In this document: in pieces, positions 62,437-64,000 of the stretch
Layout of the letters: every line of letters starts with the position of its first letter
Numbering within the stretch: the stretch's first letter is position 1
Made by a program: the position numbers and the translations under genes
Notes under the pieces: generated by a model
Database searches by the model: none
What the model was told of the DNA's origin: nothing
The model's input: the letters and a program-made list of their open reading frames with translations, nothing else
NCBI RefSeq assembly: GCF_006345805.1
Contig: NC_042999.1
Span: 63,550,001-63,614,000, forward strand
Length of the DNA stretch: 64,000 bases
Direction: 5' to 3'
Origin: Octopus sinensis
Lineage: Eukaryota

Positions 62437-62802
62437 ATCTTTTGAGCACAGTTAAATTGGGAAACTGCAAGAATCATAAGTGTTAGGCAAAATGTCTGAA
62501 TTCAAATCCTGCTGAAGTCGACGACTTTGCTTTTCATAATTTTTGGAGTTGATAAATGAGGTACCTGTCAAATACAAAAGTTAATTGTTCCCCACACTCC
62601 CATCAAAATTTCAGGTTTTTTGCCTAATGCAGAAAAAATTATTATTATGATTATTATTCAGTGCTATATTTAAGAGATGAGGAATTATGTACATTATTTA
62701 CATTAGACAGATGAGGGCAAATATCCGTCGAATGTAAATAATGATTATGATTATTGTTATCATGATTGCACACTAATTATTTCATTATTCTTTTACTTCT
62801 AG

Positions 62803-62833
62803 TTATCCGAGCAACCATGGTGTGGTGCCATCG
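62803..62833 (+). CDS. Putative 31-nt micro-exon
   Basis: TTCTTTTACTTCTAG| acceptor and CG|GTAAAT donor; GC-rich relative to flanks; in phase 2 reads YPSNHGVVPS (all three frames are open). Confidence 0.5.
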
Positions 62834-64000
62834 GTAAATATTTGTTGCTTGAGATGACACTGACTTCACATATGTCCTATGATGATGTATTGTATCACAA
62901 GTCAGTTTGGTTCATACTAGCTTTGTCACATACACAATTAAACAATGACAATGATGTCAAACCAGTGAGGGACCCTCATGTGGTTGCTTGATCTACTAGT
63001 AATAATTTCTAGATCTCACTCATAAAAGCAGGACATATTTAATCATGTAATTCAGAGTTATGTGTTTTGAAGAAAGACATGACAGTTTGGTTTTTCAGAT
63101 GACTACCACCTTTGAAAAGAATGACACTATAGATAATGTGGGCCTAGATATACTTAGAAAGAAAACAAAAGATTGTCACGAGTGATATATTTTTGTCTTT
63201 TAGGAAAACACATTAGATAATAATGATCTTGGGTACATTGTACCTAGGGAAAATGTTGGGATGGTCATAGCTGAAACATTTTTGATCTAGCATCTGCTAG
63301 AACAGTAGTGACTCACTTCTGGTCACACAACAATGATCACATCAACAATGATAAAGCTAATATAAACTTGATATTTTTTTCATTTGTTTTAATGATTATA
63401 GTTATAAAGGTGATGAGATGGTAGAATTGTTAGCACACCAGACAAAATACTACAGCATAAGAGACTGATAGAATAAGGACCATTCAACTAAAACCCTTCA
63501 TGGTGGTGTCTCAGCATAGCAACAGTCCAAAGACTGGAACAAGTAAAAAATAAAAACATCAATGTTTAAATATAAGATGAAGCTGTCATAGCAGGAAGAT
63601 CTTAGACCATAAGTCTGCTTGATCAGGGCTAAATTTAATCAACAACAAATATATGCAGTTCTAAATTATATAGTTATTATTTGTCTTCAATTTGATACAA
63701 ATGTTCCCTGCCTACTTTTATGTGAGCAATTCATATGTTTTTGTTTATTTACTGCAAATATCTCTGACTGTAGAACAAAAGCAAGAAATAATGTTTGTTT
63801 AAACTGTTACAGCTTTGGAGTGTTTCCACGCGGAGATATCAACATTTTATTTGACAGTTTCAGTAACACCCTCAGGAACAAACATTCAATACTCCAGCAG
63901 AATGTCAAAGATCAGCTGTTAACAACATTTACAAGTTATAAGTAAAACTCCATTAACTCATAGTCTGGAAACACATACACACGCATGCGCACACATACAC

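Overview
AT-rich, repeat-dense eukaryotic genomic DNA, not prokaryotic. The SINE and RTE-LINE families look like those of octopus (coleoid cephalopod); this is an inference from pattern recognition. Most of the window appears to be intron sequence of one unidentified plus-strand gene, with phase-compatible exons at about 6.1-6.3 kb, 22.0 kb, 41.6 kb (alternative first exon) and 62.8 kb. The introns are packed with tRNA-derived SINEs (four groups), RTE LINE 3' ends, one long RTE RT ORF with an embedded PHD finger, R4/Dong-like and CR1-like LINE scraps, a deleted Gypsy LTR element, mariner, piggyBac-like and hAT-like MITEs, Helitrons and microsatellites. Almost all ORFs in the supplied track are spurious. 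The most notable signal is a set of hammerhead ribozymes in four unrelated elements: (1) a 352-nt highly structured retrozyme-like monomer with a 35-nt terminal redundancy and a target-site duplication (53.9-54.3 kb), consistent with a reverse-transcribed circular RNA; (2) a tRNA-headed SINE-like element with a minimal hammerhead (10.2-10.4 kb); (3) a Penelope-like element whose hammerhead has a long stem-II insertion (38.7-39.6 kb); (4) a decayed minimal hammerhead (51.2 kb). All structures were paired by eye, and most repeat boundaries are approximate.
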